Origin: Allosphingosinicella sp.
GTDB taxonomy: Bacteria > Pseudomonadota > Alphaproteobacteria > Sphingomonadales > Sphingomonadaceae
Length of the DNA: 64,000 nucleotides
Direction of reading: 5' to 3'
Assembly (NCBI GenBank): GCA_036387875.1
Contig: DASVSX010000002.1
Coordinates: forward strand, 16,706-80,705
Shown here in pieces: positions 29,997-42,008 of this stretch. The translations under genes were made by a program, and so were the position numbers. How positions within the stretch are numbered: position 1 is the first letter of the stretch; each line of letters opens with the position of its first letter. Under the pieces are notes generated by a model. It worked only from the letters and a program-made list of their open reading frames with translations. It ran no database searches and had not been told where the DNA came from.

Positions 29997-30632
29997 CTAG
30001 GCCAGGTCCCGCGCCTGCTTCGCGGTGGCGAGCGGCTCGCCGGCGACGATCACGATCGTCGAGCTGGAGCGGGTGATTGCGTAGAGCTTCTTCGCGAAGC
30101 CGCCCGGCAGCCGGACGCAGCCGTGGGAGGCGGGATAGCCGGGGACCCGCCCGGCGTGGAGCGCGACCCCGCCCCAGGTGAGCCTCTGCATCCAGGGCAT
30201 CGGCGCGTCGTCGTAGAGGTTGGAGCGGTGCATCGCCTTCTTCTGCAGGATCGGGAAGATGCCCTCGGGGGTGTCGTTGCCGGGCTTGCCCGTGGAGACT
30301 TTCGAAACGTCCCACAGCTCTCCCTTCCTGAAGACGAACATCTTTTGCGAGGGCAGGCTGACGACGATCAGCACTCCATTCTCGAGCGCCTCCCTCGGGG
30401 TCGGCGGCGGTGGCGGGGGAGGGGGCGGAGGGGGCGGAGGGGGCGGAGGGGGCGGAGGAGGAGCAGGAGCGGCGAGCGGCTCCGTGGGCGGCGGCGCGGC
30501 GAGCAGGGCTTCGGGCGCCGATGCCCGGTCGATCGCCCTCACGGCCGCCGCGGGCTGGTAGCGGGGCGGAGCATTGCTGGCGAGGACGACCAGGCCGATC
30601 CCGGAAACAAGCAGCGAGACAGACTTCTTCAT
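29997..30632 (-). CDS. L,D-transpeptidase family protein with polyproline linker
   Basis: VSTGKPG, ALHAG...PASHGCVRL (YkuD motif). Confidence 0.92.
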   Translation of the reverse strand: MKKSVSLLVSGIGLVVLASNAPPRYQPAAAVRAIDRASAPEALLAAPPPTEPLAAPAPPPPPPPPPPPPPPPPPPPPTPREALENGVLIVVSLPSQKMFVFRKGELWDVSKVSTGKPGNDTPEGIFPILQKKAMHRSNLYDDAPMPWMQRLTWGGVALHAGRVPGYPASHGCVRLPGGFAKKLYAITRSSSTIVIVAGEPLATAKQARDLA

Positions 30633-30757
30633 TCCACCCCTTTCCGCCCGCAATCGTCAACCCAACGATCCAGGCCGCGCGGCGGGTCCTGAAACGGGGA
30701 AGGAATTCATGACCGACGAGCCGAGTCGTGCGGAGCGAAGATGGCGGCAGCGGGGCG

Positions 30758-30864
30758 TCCCCCTCTCCCTGCAGGGGAGGAAGACAGGTTCGCGAAGCGA
30801 AGCCGGGTGGGGACCGTCGTCCCGCTTCCACGCCCTCACCCCCGCTCCCCTGGAGGGAGAGGGA
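30758..30864. repeat. Palindromic REP-like doublet related to family A
   Basis: CCCTCTCCCTGCAGGGGAG ... CCCTCACCCCCGCTCCCCTGGAGGGAGAGGG. Confidence 0.7.
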
Positions 30865-30888
30865 TTTTCTACCATCGGGCCTTCCCGC

Positions 30889-31943
30889 TCATCTCGAGCA
30901 GGCCTGGCCGCCGGCCGACGACAGTCGGGTGAGGGAGCCGGACGGGGAGGTGCTGATCGCGACTCCCTGCCTGCAGCGGCGAAGCTGGAAGCGCACCTTG
31001 CGCGCCCTGAAATCGAGCGAGATCCGGCGGAACGTCTCGAGGAGGTCGGTGCCCAGCAGCAAGGCCGGCTTGCCCGAGAGGCCGAACACCTCGAAGGGGG
31101 GAACGTCGGCGAAGGCCATCGGCACGTTGCGAAGGACGACCGAGCCGAGCCGAAGCTCGCCGATCTGGGCGAGCTGGAGATTGACGGTGGTTCCGGTCAC
31201 CCCGGTCGCGGTCACCGTCTTGAACCTGTAGAGCCGGCTTCGGATGAGCTTGTCGCGAAGCGCCAGATTGCCGATCGTGATCTGGGAGCCGGTATCGATC
31301 ACCGCGTCGAGCGACAGGCGGCCGGCCTTCACCTCGGTGAGGATGAGCTGGCCGCGCTGAAGCCGGGCGGTGACGACGATGTCTCCGGGCTGGGATCTGA
31401 CGGGCTTGGAGGCGTCCTCGATCCGGATCAGGCGCTTCTCGAAGTCCATCATCAGGCGCTGGCGGGCGAGCGCGTCTATTCCGATCATCCCGGCGCCGCC
31501 GAGATCGGCCTCGCGAAGGGCCGGAAGCTGGAGGTTGCGGATCGTGCTCGGGCCGAGGCTCAGCGAATCGACCCTCACCCGGTCGACGATGTTGCGGTCG
31601 GTCATGTTGTTGAGGGTCACCGGAGTTCCGAGCGGCAGCTGCAGGTCGCGGGCGATCCGAAGCCCGATCACGGAGGTGTCGGCGCCGCTGTCGACGACGA
31701 ACTGATAGGGCCCGCGGCCGTTCACCCGGACCTCGACGCTGAGCCGGGTCTCGACCTTGCGGGCGCCGATATCGTCGCCGCCGATGGCGAGCGCCTCGTC
31801 GATGACCGCGGGCGGGAGCGGCGGAAGGGTCGAGGGGCCGGGCGGAGCCGGGCGGGGCTTGCCGATCCGGGGCGGCTCTGCCGGAGCTTCGAGGCCGCCG
31901 GCGGGCGCGGGCCCGACCAGGGCGAAGGCGAGGACCAGGCTTG
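30889..31943 (-). CDS. Double-domain retropepsin-like aspartyl protease
   Basis: Two catalytic motifs FVVDSGA and AVIDTGS, LLLGTDLL; start uncertain. Confidence 0.88.
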
Positions 31944-32403
31944 ATCGAAAGATCGGCAATCGCTTTCTTCCGAGTTGACGATCGCCCGGACTACCCCGCA
32001 CGACGCCGGCCTTCCACGATTATTCGACCAAGCGGCGGAAGGTCCGAAGTTGGCCGACAAATAAAAATCCTTGCGATCACGCCGCCGGGTACTGATCGAA
32101 TTTTCCGATCAGGGTGCCGGCCCGTGCTTCTCTTTCCTCGCTTCCGGGCGGTCATTGCGACTCCAGGCGACAGCCGATCAGGGCTCAGAACATAACAGAA
32201 ACGGCGCCGGCGGGGAAGAGGACGGGACTTCGCCGTGACTGGCGATCCGTGGCGGGCCGGCGCGGGGCGGCCGCCGGGTCGCCGCGGAGCGCTCGCCGGA
32301 TGAGCGCGGCCCGCTCGCCGTATGAGCGCGGGGCATGTGCGGGACCGCGCCGGACGCGCCCGGCGCCATGCCCGCGGGCCGTCTTCAACTCCGGCCCATG
32401 CCT

Positions 32404-32658
32404 TCACTCGATGACGGTGACGCCTTCTTTGGCCCATTCCTTGTCGATATCGACGCCCTGTTCGACCCATTGCTCACGGGTCCAGCACCGGACTCGCTCG
32501 ACGAGGGTGCCCGTGACGGGCTCCACCCGAAGGCAATATCGGGCGTTCGGGCCGGCCTCGGGAGCGCCCGTCATGTTATCCCGTCCGGAGGGCTGCGCCG
32601 GGGCCGGCGAAGCGGCGAGGATCAGGATGAAGGTCAGGGCCAATTTCGTGTGCGACAT
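32404..32658 (-). CDS. Small secreted hypothetical protein
   Basis: Signal peptide; YC..EPVTGT...C.TREQW; GGAG RBS. Confidence 0.7.
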   Translation of the reverse strand: MSHTKLALTFILILAASPAPAQPSGRDNMTGAPEAGPNARYCLRVEPVTGTLVERVRCWTREQWVEQGVDIDKEWAKEGVTVIE

Positions 32659-32794
32659 CGTCCAACTCCTCGATGGGGGCACCATGCCATTCTCACCCGA
32701 TGGACCTTAGCAATTTTTCCCTATCTAGGCGAGCCTGCCCGCCTACCCACGGGGCACCGTCACTTGAGACAGTCGCTAGTGACTGTCACCGCCT

Positions 32795-32901
32795 CTTTGC
32801 GGCTTTGCGGCTTCGCGGCTTCGCGTGAGATAAAATTCTATGGTCTGTGCGGGACCGGGCGCTGGATGGATGGTCTCACGCGAAGCCGCGAAGCCGCTAA
32901 G
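32795..32901. repeat. Inverted pair of 8-nt tandem repeats
   Basis: GCGGCTTCGCGGCTTCGCGTGAGA ... TCTCACGCGAAGCCGCGAAGCCGC. Confidence 0.8.
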
Positions 32902-33364
32902 CTGAGGGGAGGGCGGCGAAGCGTCCGATGTCCCTGCGCAGCGAAGCGAGCGTCGGTCCCGCGAAGCTCGCCTCGAACACATGGTGCCGGACGATCAGAT
33001 CGAGCTTCTCCGCGGCCGCGGCGAGGTCGGGCGCCGGGGCGCGCAGAAGCCGCTTGAGTGCGGTGGAGTGCCGGCCGAGGGCGCGATCGTAGACTCGCTG
33101 GTTCGGGCAATGCACCAGCGCTTCGACCTCCCGGTCGACCTGGTTGAAGCGAGCGAGGGCGTCCCGCCACTTTCCGTCCTCCAGACCCATCCCGTCATCC
33201 CGGCGAAGGCCGGGATCCATGAACACGGCAGCGGGAGCTGGAGTCGCGGCGGTGTTCATAGATTCCGGGTCAAGCCCGGAATGACGAGTGAGGGGCAGGG
33301 CAGGCAGGGCGCAGGCACCGGCTAGCACCGCCCGGCGCGAAAGCTTATGCTGGGCAGCAGCCAT
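32897..33364 (-). CDS. Hypothetical protein with twin-arginine-like N-terminus and in-frame REP insert
   Basis: LSRRAVLAGA; GGAGG RBS; C-terminal APAPDLAAAAEKLDL helix. Confidence 0.6.
   Translation of the reverse strand: MAAAQHKLSRRAVLAGACALPALPLTRHSGLDPESMNTAATPAPAAVFMDPGLRRDDGMGLEDGKWRDALARFNQVDREVEALVHCPNQRVYDRALGRHSTALKRLLRAPAPDLAAAAEKLDLIVRHHVFEASFAGPTLASLRRDIGRFAALPSA
33193..33286. repeat. CGTC-tagged REP doublet inside a CDS
   Basis: CGTCATCCCGGCGAAGGCCGGGATCCATGAACAC ... GTGTTCATAGATTCCGGGTCAAGCCCGGAATGACG. Confidence 0.85.
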
Positions 33365-33461
33365 CGGGCGCCTCCCTGTGGGACGTTTGCGGGTGTCGGA
33401 GCCGAAGTCGGGCGAGCCCCGAAGCCGGCAAGGTTTCTGTTGCCCAAAAACCGGGGGTAGG

Positions 33462-33650
33462 TCAATAGCCGAGAAACAAAAAAGACCGCCGGGCCGTCCC
33501 CGCACGGGGATCACGCCTCATACCGGCGTCCGAATCCCCGCCGAGCTGAACGCCAAGCTCGACGCCTGGATCGAACGCCAGCCGGACCCGAAGCCGTCGC
33601 GCTCGGAGGCGATCCGGCGTTTGTTGGAGAAGGCGTTGGAAGCTCGGTAG
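33462..33650 (+). CDS. Ribbon-helix-helix DNA-binding protein (no clear start codon; possibly pseudogene)
   Basis: GRPRTG...VRIPAELNAKLDAW...SRSEAIRRLLEKAL. Confidence 0.65.
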   Translation, partial: SIAEKQKRPPGRPRTGITPHTGVRIPAELNAKLDAWIERQPDPKPSRSEAIRRLLEKALEAR

Positions 33651-33692
33651 GGCAGTAGCTACGGGAACAGCGGCAACGGTTGTATCTAAAAA

Positions 33693-35228
33693 ATGGGAAA
33701 GCTAGGTCGAGACATCTATCGGCGTAAGTTGGAACGCATGCTTAGTCGTGCGGATGACATTGCAGCGCTTCGGTTGATTTGGGCCGTCTTCCAGCTCCAA
33801 AGTGGCGAGGGCCCTAAGGCGCGGACCTACATATCATTTCCGCCTTCGGCAGAGGCCGCGAGGTTAGGCGATCCAGAATATGTGTACCCATGGAACCTCG
33901 AAACCCTCGTAAACGAACTCCTTGCCACTCCCAAAGCGGTACGCCAACCTGACGCGCCGGAATTGTTTCTCCGTCCCGACGTGTTCGCGAGCGTGGGGGA
34001 GCTGACCAATGCCCTGCGCGCGTTAGAGAATGCGGAGGACGGAATTTCACTTGAGAAGAACGACGTATTCGCTGAACTGCACAGGGGTATCCAGCGCCAA
34101 TTTGAATGGCAACGAGGCTTTGCGAACTTGCCACGGTTTTATCGGTCTGCGTTTCTTTATGGTTCAGGCGAAAGCGGCCACTACTTTGAAAGCTCAATGG
34201 GATTAAGTCCCGCCGATTTTATGCTCACAGGTTTTGCTTTGCATGCTGGTGCGGACTTGGCGCCCGTGCGTGATCGCGCTAGCGACATGAGTCTGATCGG
34301 CGTTACTCCGGCGATGCGCGAAGCCACCCTTGGGCGTATCTCAATCGGATTCCCTAGTGCTCGCGCTAGAGCGGCAGAGTTGCGTGGCCTGCGCCGCCCG
34401 ACGGCCTATCGGGGCAGTGTCCTACGTGACTTTCCCATCATCACGGTTGGCCAGTCCGGTGAGGGGCTGGCAGCTCCGCTCCCGTCGCTCATAATTCAGC
34501 GCATTACATCAGGCCTCTACCTTGATGTTGTGAACGGAGGCGAAGCGGTCTGGCAGGGCATAGGGAAACGCTTTGAAGACTACTGCCTCCGATATTTAAA
34601 CCGGATGTTCGGGGGATACGAGGTTGAAAGTGAAAGCGAATACGGCTCTAAAAAGAACCGTTTTCGCACGCCTGATATCTTGGCCAGCAGGCATGAAGAG
34701 ATTGCCTTGGTGCTGGAGTGCAAGGCGAAACGTATGACCTTCGAAGCGCGCTATTCGGAAGATCCGGTAGCGGACTCTCGCCTAGGGTATGAGGAAATCG
34801 CGAAGGGCATCTTTCAAATTTGGCGATTCTGGTCGCATGCGCGACGCGGTATCTTCTCACGCCCCGTCAACCCTAAATGCCTTGGGATGGTTGTTACAAC
34901 AGACCCATGGCTGAGTATGGCGAAGAACCTTGAAGAGGAGGTGACGGCTATAGCCACTCAGATGGCGAAGGAGGCAGATAGTCAGATTACCGAGGAGGAT
35001 AGACGCACCGTTGCGGTAACGCAGATCGATGACGTTGAATTCACTCTCCAAAATGGAAATGCCGAATCTTTCATCAGAGCCATCGAAGAGGGCACCCGCG
35101 GGGACAAGCTCGGCTGGCTGCTCTGTAACATTCATAAGCCGGGAGGTCTGCCGCAGCGGCCATACCCGTTCGCGGAGGAGATGTCCGACCTTCTCCCTTG
35201 GTGGGAAGCACGGTCCGCGTCGGATTAG
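33693..35228 (+). CDS. Hypothetical protein with C-terminal PD-(D/E)xK nuclease-like domain
   Basis: GKRFEDY...TPDIL...LVLECKAK...GIFQI; AT-richer than flanks. Confidence 0.7.
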   Translation: MGKLGRDIYRRKLERMLSRADDIAALRLIWAVFQLQSGEGPKARTYISFPPSAEAARLGDPEYVYPWNLETLVNELLATPKAVRQPDAPELFLRPDVFASVGELTNALRALENAEDGISLEKNDVFAELHRGIQRQFEWQRGFANLPRFYRSAFLYGSGESGHYFESSMGLSPADFMLTGFALHAGADLAPVRDRASDMSLIGVTPAMREATLGRISIGFPSARARAAELRGLRRPTAYRGSVLRDFPIITVGQSGEGLAAPLPSLIIQRITSGLYLDVVNGGEAVWQGIGKRFEDYCLRYLNRMFGGYEVESESEYGSKKNRFRTPDILASRHEEIALVLECKAKRMTFEARYSEDPVADSRLGYEEIAKGIFQIWRFWSHARRGIFSRPVNPKCLGMVVTTDPWLSMAKNLEEEVTAIATQMAKEADSQITEEDRRTVAVTQIDDVEFTLQNGNAESFIRAIEEGTRGDKLGWLLCNIHKPGGLPQRPYPFAEEMSDLLPWWEARSASD

Positions 35229-35309
35229 CAAAGTTGTGTGAAAGGCGAGGGCCCTTGGGTGCCAGCTACGTGCCTGGCACCGACGGCCCTCGGCTCTGTG
35301 CCGGCCTCT

Positions 35310-36302
35310 TCATTTCGCCTCAGGAAACAGCGCTCTGATGCGGTTTCGCAACTTCGTGTAGAAGTCCTGCGCGTTGGACCACACGATGTGGTTGAACTGG
35401 CGGGTGTCGAAATGCACATGCTCGATCTGGTCCGATCGAACGGACCAGATCACGGGTATGCTGAGGCCCTGCGCCAAGCCTGCTTCATAATACACGCCGC
35501 CACGTGGAACGAGCAGAGGCCCCTCAGCGGTATCAATGGTCGGACTCGTGAAGTCGGCAATTATGAACCGGGACCGGCGTATCTCCGCAACGATTTCGTC
35601 ATCGATCTTTCTGATGTGTTCTTTTCGGTCAATTCGTAGTGGCTCGAATCCTGTTTCACTCACTGCGGGAGCGATACCCTCTTCGTAAATTGGGGTCATT
35701 TCCGTACCGAACCACATTGCGATGAAGGCAGTCTTTGTCGGCGCGCCGCCTCCGCGCAGTTCGTCCATGCGCGCAAACCCGGCAGCTGTGATTGTAATGC
35801 CGCTACCTGAATTACGCAGCAGACCTACACCTTCGAGCAACTCTCGGAAGGAGCCCAGTTCATTCTCATCCTGAGCTTCGATCCACGCACACGCTTCGTG
35901 CCGAGAGCGCACCGTCTCCGGAGTCTGAGTGTGCCCCCCGAGCCAGACTAGCGTTGAACCCGGACGGAACCCGCGATGGACGAAATACGCCATTAAGCGG
36001 TCCATGCGCTCTGAGACCGTCAGTGATCGCATGGCGCGAACATGGTCAAAGGTGTATGAGTTGACTGTCAGCGGTTCGCCGTAGCGGTTGGTATCGACGA
36101 TCAGCGTCGTCAGCTTGGCTCGTTCCTCTATCGACAGGTTTGGTAACCCTGCGAGTGCAGAGCCTGTCACGTAGTAGTGGCCCGTGCGCGAGCATTTCAC
36201 TTCGCGGCCGCCATCGGCCCAAATTGAAACCTGGGCCGGCATTTCGCCCCAAATCGGATCCGCCTCGTTCACCATGCCGCCCTCCGCCGGCACAACCCGC
36301 AC
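35310..36302 (-). CDS. Protein with C-terminal nucleoside 2-deoxyribosyltransferase/TIR-like domain
   Basis: AFIAMWF...IDDEIVAEIRRSRFIIADFT...GVYYEAGLAQG...HFDTRQFNHI; start uncertain. Confidence 0.72.
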   Translation of the reverse strand: MRVVPAEGGMVNEADPIWGEMPAQVSIWADGGREVKCSRTGHYYVTGSALAGLPNLSIEERAKLTTLIVDTNRYGEPLTVNSYTFDHVRAMRSLTVSERMDRLMAYFVHRGFRPGSTLVWLGGHTQTPETVRSRHEACAWIEAQDENELGSFRELLEGVGLLRNSGSGITITAAGFARMDELRGGGAPTKTAFIAMWFGTEMTPIYEEGIAPAVSETGFEPLRIDRKEHIRKIDDEIVAEIRRSRFIIADFTSPTIDTAEGPLLVPRGGVYYEAGLAQGLSIPVIWSVRSDQIEHVHFDTRQFNHIVWSNAQDFYTKLRNRIRALFPEAK

Positions 36303-36306
36303 CGCC

Positions 36307-38352
<2,046 letters not shown>

Positions 38353-38369
38353 CTAAACGCCTTATGCTT

Positions 38370-40226
38370 TCATCCGTTCGCGCCGCTCTCGATCAGCGCC
38401 GCGAGCTGCCTCTCCGCCTCGTCCCTCGCCGCTCTCAATCTCTGCTGCTCCTGGAAGGCGGCTTCGTCGCCTTCCTCCTTTAGCCGGGCGGTCGCCGCGT
38501 CGAGCGCGGCACTAAGTCCCGGTTGGGCCGCCAATGTGTCGATGACCAGAACGAGATCGCGAGAAGCACGTTCCGGGTCGGCATCACGGCGGTTGAAGGA
38601 GAAGGCCAGTCCGCGTTCCAGGCGCAGCCTCTCGGCGAGAGGGGCGACGCCAGCTGCAAGCAATATGGTATGAACCTGCTCCTGATCAAGCTCGCCGTGC
38701 GCCATGGCGCCTTCGAGCAGGGCGTCGCGCAGCCGGGCGGCCGTCTTGTCCGCGATCGGAAGGGCGGCGATGGCCTCGCCATGGGCCGCGATCAGCTCGG
38801 GGAAGCGGAGCAGGCCGTCGAGGACGGAGCGCGCGGTCTTCGGGCTGATCCCGGCGCTGGCCAGGGCCTTGGCCTGATCCGAGACCGGCCGCTGCGGAAC
38901 GAACTTGCCGCTGCCGCGAGAGCCGGCCGGGCCGAACGGCCTCGGCTTCCAGGGCGGCCTCGGCGGCGGCGCCGTCAGGGCGTTGAACCGGCCGATCAGC
39001 TCGGAGCGATATTGTTCGCGCACATGCGGGTCCTGGATCGCGGCGATATGGTCGCTGAGGCGATGCCTGAGGCCGGCGCGCTGCTCGGGCGTCGCGAGCG
39101 GCTCGGCGTTCAGCTCGTGGCTCCAGAGCCGGTCGACGAGCGACTCCGGCTTTTCGAGCAACGCTTCGATGCCCTGCCGGCCCTCGGCTCGGACGAGGTC
39201 GTCGGGATCCTGGCCCGCCGGCAGGGTCGCGAAGCTGAGCGAGCGTCCCGGCCCGACATGGGGCAGAGCCCTCATCAACGCCCGCACCGCTGCCTTCTGG
39301 CCGGCGGAATCGCCGTCGAAGCAGAAAATGGGGGTAGGGGAGAGGCGCCAGAGCAAGCCCAGCTGGGCCTCGGTGACCGCCGTTCCCAAAGGAGCGACCG
39401 CTTCGCCGATGCCGGCCTGGTCGAGGGCGATCGCGTCCATCTGGCCCTCGACGACGATGACCCTTTTCGACTCGCGGGTTGCCGCCGCCGCCTTGTCGAT
39501 GTTGAACAGGGTGCGGCCCTTGTCGAACAGCGGCGTGTCGGGCGAGTTGAGATATTTGGGCTCACCGGCGCCGAGTATCCGGGCGCTGAAGGCGACGACC
39601 CGCCCGCGGCGGTCGCGGATCGGGAACGTCAGCCGCCCTCGGAAGCGGTCGTAAGGCTCGCGCTCGCCCTCCGGCACCACGAGCAGGCCGGCTTCGACCA
39701 GGGCTTCATTGCCGAAAGCCTTCAACGCCGTTCGAAGCTTGCCGCGTCCGTCCGGAGCAAAGCCGAAGCCGAAGCGCCGCCGGGTGGCCTCGGCGATCCC
39801 CCGTTTCTCGAGATAGGATCGCGCCTCTGCGCCCTCGATCCCGCCGAGCTGCTCCTCGAACCAACGCTGCGCGGCTTCGACGACGTCATAGAGGCCGGTC
39901 GCCCGATCCGCCCGCTCCTGGGCGCGCGGATCGGCTGCCGGCACCTCCATCCCCGCCGCCTCGGCCAGCTCCTTCACAGCGTCCATGAAGGGCATTCCGC
40001 GAGCGTCGGTCAGCCAGCGTATCGCGTCGCCGTGAACCCCGCAGCCGAAGCAATGGTAGAAGCTCTTCTCGTCGTTGACGTAGAAGCTTGGAGTCTTTTC
40101 CTTGTGAAATGGGCAGGGCGCCTTCCACTCGCGGCCCGCTTTCTGAAGCTTCACCGTTCGCCCGATAACGGTCGAAAGCGACGTTCGTGCTCTGATCTCG
40201 TCGAGGAATTGGGGGCTGAGGGACAT
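38370..40226 (-). CDS. dnaG: DNA primase
   Basis: CPFHKEKTPSF...HCFGC zinc finger, PKYLNSPDT, VEGQMD, DPDD. Confidence 0.96.
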   Translation of the reverse strand: MSLSPQFLDEIRARTSLSTVIGRTVKLQKAGREWKAPCPFHKEKTPSFYVNDEKSFYHCFGCGVHGDAIRWLTDARGMPFMDAVKELAEAAGMEVPAADPRAQERADRATGLYDVVEAAQRWFEEQLGGIEGAEARSYLEKRGIAEATRRRFGFGFAPDGRGKLRTALKAFGNEALVEAGLLVVPEGEREPYDRFRGRLTFPIRDRRGRVVAFSARILGAGEPKYLNSPDTPLFDKGRTLFNIDKAAAATRESKRVIVVEGQMDAIALDQAGIGEAVAPLGTAVTEAQLGLLWRLSPTPIFCFDGDSAGQKAAVRALMRALPHVGPGRSLSFATLPAGQDPDDLVRAEGRQGIEALLEKPESLVDRLWSHELNAEPLATPEQRAGLRHRLSDHIAAIQDPHVREQYRSELIGRFNALTAPPPRPPWKPRPFGPAGSRGSGKFVPQRPVSDQAKALASAGISPKTARSVLDGLLRFPELIAAHGEAIAALPIADKTAARLRDALLEGAMAHGELDQEQVHTILLAAGVAPLAERLRLERGLAFSFNRRDADPERASRDLVLVIDTLAAQPGLSAALDAATARLKEEGDEAAFQEQQRLRAARDEAERQLAALIESGANG

Positions 40227-40234
40227 GCCCCAGC

Positions 40235-40690
40235 CTAAGCGGAAAGCCTCGCCTTCACCAGCGCGCTCGCCTTCGACATGTCCATCGCTCCGGCGTGCCT
40301 TTCCTTCAGCGCCGCCATCACCCGGCCCATGCCCTTGACCGAGCTCGCGCCGGTCTCCGCGACGATGGCGTCGATCGCCGCCTTGGCCTCGTCCTCGCTC
40401 ATCTGGCGGGGAAGGAAGCCCTCGATGACGGCGATCTCGGCCGTCTCGGCGTCGGCCAGCTCCTGCCGTCCGCCCTGCTCGTAGAGGGCGACCGATTCGC
40501 GCCGCTGCTTGACCATCTTCTGGAGGACCTCGGTGACAATGACGTCGTCGTCGGCCGGGGCCGAGGCGCCGCGAAGCTCGATGTCCCGATTCTTCAGGGA
40601 GGACTGGATGAGGCGAAAGGTGGAGGTGCGCGCCTTGTCGCCGCTTTTCATTGCGGTGACGAGCGCCGCCTTGATGTCGTCGCGAATCAT
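40235..40690 (-). CDS. GatB/YqeY domain protein
   Basis: KQRRES..YEQGGR.ELA...MGRVM. Confidence 0.92.
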   Translation of the reverse strand: MIRDDIKAALVTAMKSGDKARTSTFRLIQSSLKNRDIELRGASAPADDDVIVTEVLQKMVKQRRESVALYEQGGRQELADAETAEIAVIEGFLPRQMSEDEAKAAIDAIVAETGASSVKGMGRVMAALKERHAGAMDMSKASALVKARLSA

Positions 40691-40829
40691 GTCTTGCAGG
40701 TCCAGGTGTTGGAAAGGCGGAAGGATAGCGGGGCCCGTCTTCTTTTAACAGATTGACGCTGCCCGCCGCCGCCTCTAGCCGTCGGGCCTTAGCGACATCG
40801 CCGTTTTCCTGAAAGGAGTGCCCGCCCCA

Positions 40830-42008
40830 ATGGCCGACGCCAAGCCTTCGCCCGCGCCTGATGGGGCCACGGGCGTATTGGTATTGGCCGACGGCAGCTT
40901 CGTCTGGGGCAGGGGCTTCGGAGCGGAAGGCTCGGCAGTCGGCGAGGTTTGCTTCAACACCGCGATGACCGGCTATCAGGAGGTGATGACCGACCCCTCC
41001 TACGCCTCGCAAATCGTCACCTTCACCTTCCCGCACATCGGGAATGTCGGCGCGAACTATGAGGATCTGGAGGCCGACAATCCCTGGGCGCTGGGCTGCG
41101 TCGTGCGCCAGGACGTCACCGAGTCGGGCAATTTCCGGGCGGTTCAGACCTTCGACGCGTGGATGAAGGCGAACGGGCGGATCGGGCTCTCCGGGGTCGA
41201 TACCCGGGCCCTGACCCGCAAGATCCGGGAGGAGGGCGCTCCGAACGGCGTGATCGCCCACGCCGCCGACGGGAATTTCGACCTCGACGCCCTGCTCGCG
41301 CAGGCGCGGGCCTGGCCCGGCCTCGAAGGCATGGACCTGGCGAAGGAGGTCAGCTGCAAGCAGATGTTCCGCTGGTCCGGCGGGGGCTGGAAGCTGGGCG
41401 AGGGCTATTCGGAAGGGCAGGAGGACGAGACCCGCCCCCACGTCGTCGCAATCGACTACGGCTCCAAGCGCAACATCTTCCGAAACCTCGCCGATGCCGG
41501 CGCGAGGGTCAGCGTCCTCCCCGCAATCGCCACCTTCGACGAGGTGATGGCCTACAATCCCGACGGCCTCTTCCTCTCCAACGGCCCCGGCGACCCCGCA
41601 GCGACCGGCGAATATGCGGTGCCGGTGATCCGGAAGCTGCTCGAAACCGGAAAGCCCCTCTTCGGAATCTGCCTCGGCCACCAGCTCCTCGGCCTTGCCG
41701 TCGGTGCCAGGACGGTGAAGATGCACCAGGGCCACCGAGGCGCCAACCACCCGGTCAAGCGCCTCGCCGACGGCCGGGTCGAGATCACCAGCATGAACCA
41801 CGGCTTCGCGGTGGAGGCGGAGAGTTTGCCGGAGAATGCCAAGGCGACCCACATCTCGCTGTTCGACGGAAGTCTGGCGGGGCTGGAGCTGGCCGACCGG
41901 CCCGCGTTCAGCGTTCAATATCACCCGGAGGCGAGCCCGGGGCCGCAGGACAGCGTCTACCTGTTCGGGAAGTTCGTGAGGCAGCTCGGCGGTTCGAGCG
42001 GTGAATAA
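40830..42008 (+). CDS. carA: Carbamoyl-phosphate synthase small subunit
   Basis: FNTAMTGYQE, LSNGPGDP, GICLGHQ, QYHPEASPGP. Confidence 0.97.
   Translation: MADAKPSPAPDGATGVLVLADGSFVWGRGFGAEGSAVGEVCFNTAMTGYQEVMTDPSYASQIVTFTFPHIGNVGANYEDLEADNPWALGCVVRQDVTESGNFRAVQTFDAWMKANGRIGLSGVDTRALTRKIREEGAPNGVIAHAADGNFDLDALLAQARAWPGLEGMDLAKEVSCKQMFRWSGGGWKLGEGYSEGQEDETRPHVVAIDYGSKRNIFRNLADAGARVSVLPAIATFDEVMAYNPDGLFLSNGPGDPAATGEYAVPVIRKLLETGKPLFGICLGHQLLGLAVGARTVKMHQGHRGANHPVKRLADGRVEITSMNHGFAVEAESLPENAKATHISLFDGSLAGLELADRPAFSVQYHPEASPGPQDSVYLFGKFVRQLGGSSGE

Noticed and set aside
30401..30470. 9-nt tandem repeat as a contingency locus
   Set aside because: In-frame polyproline linker; unit changes would not shift the frame
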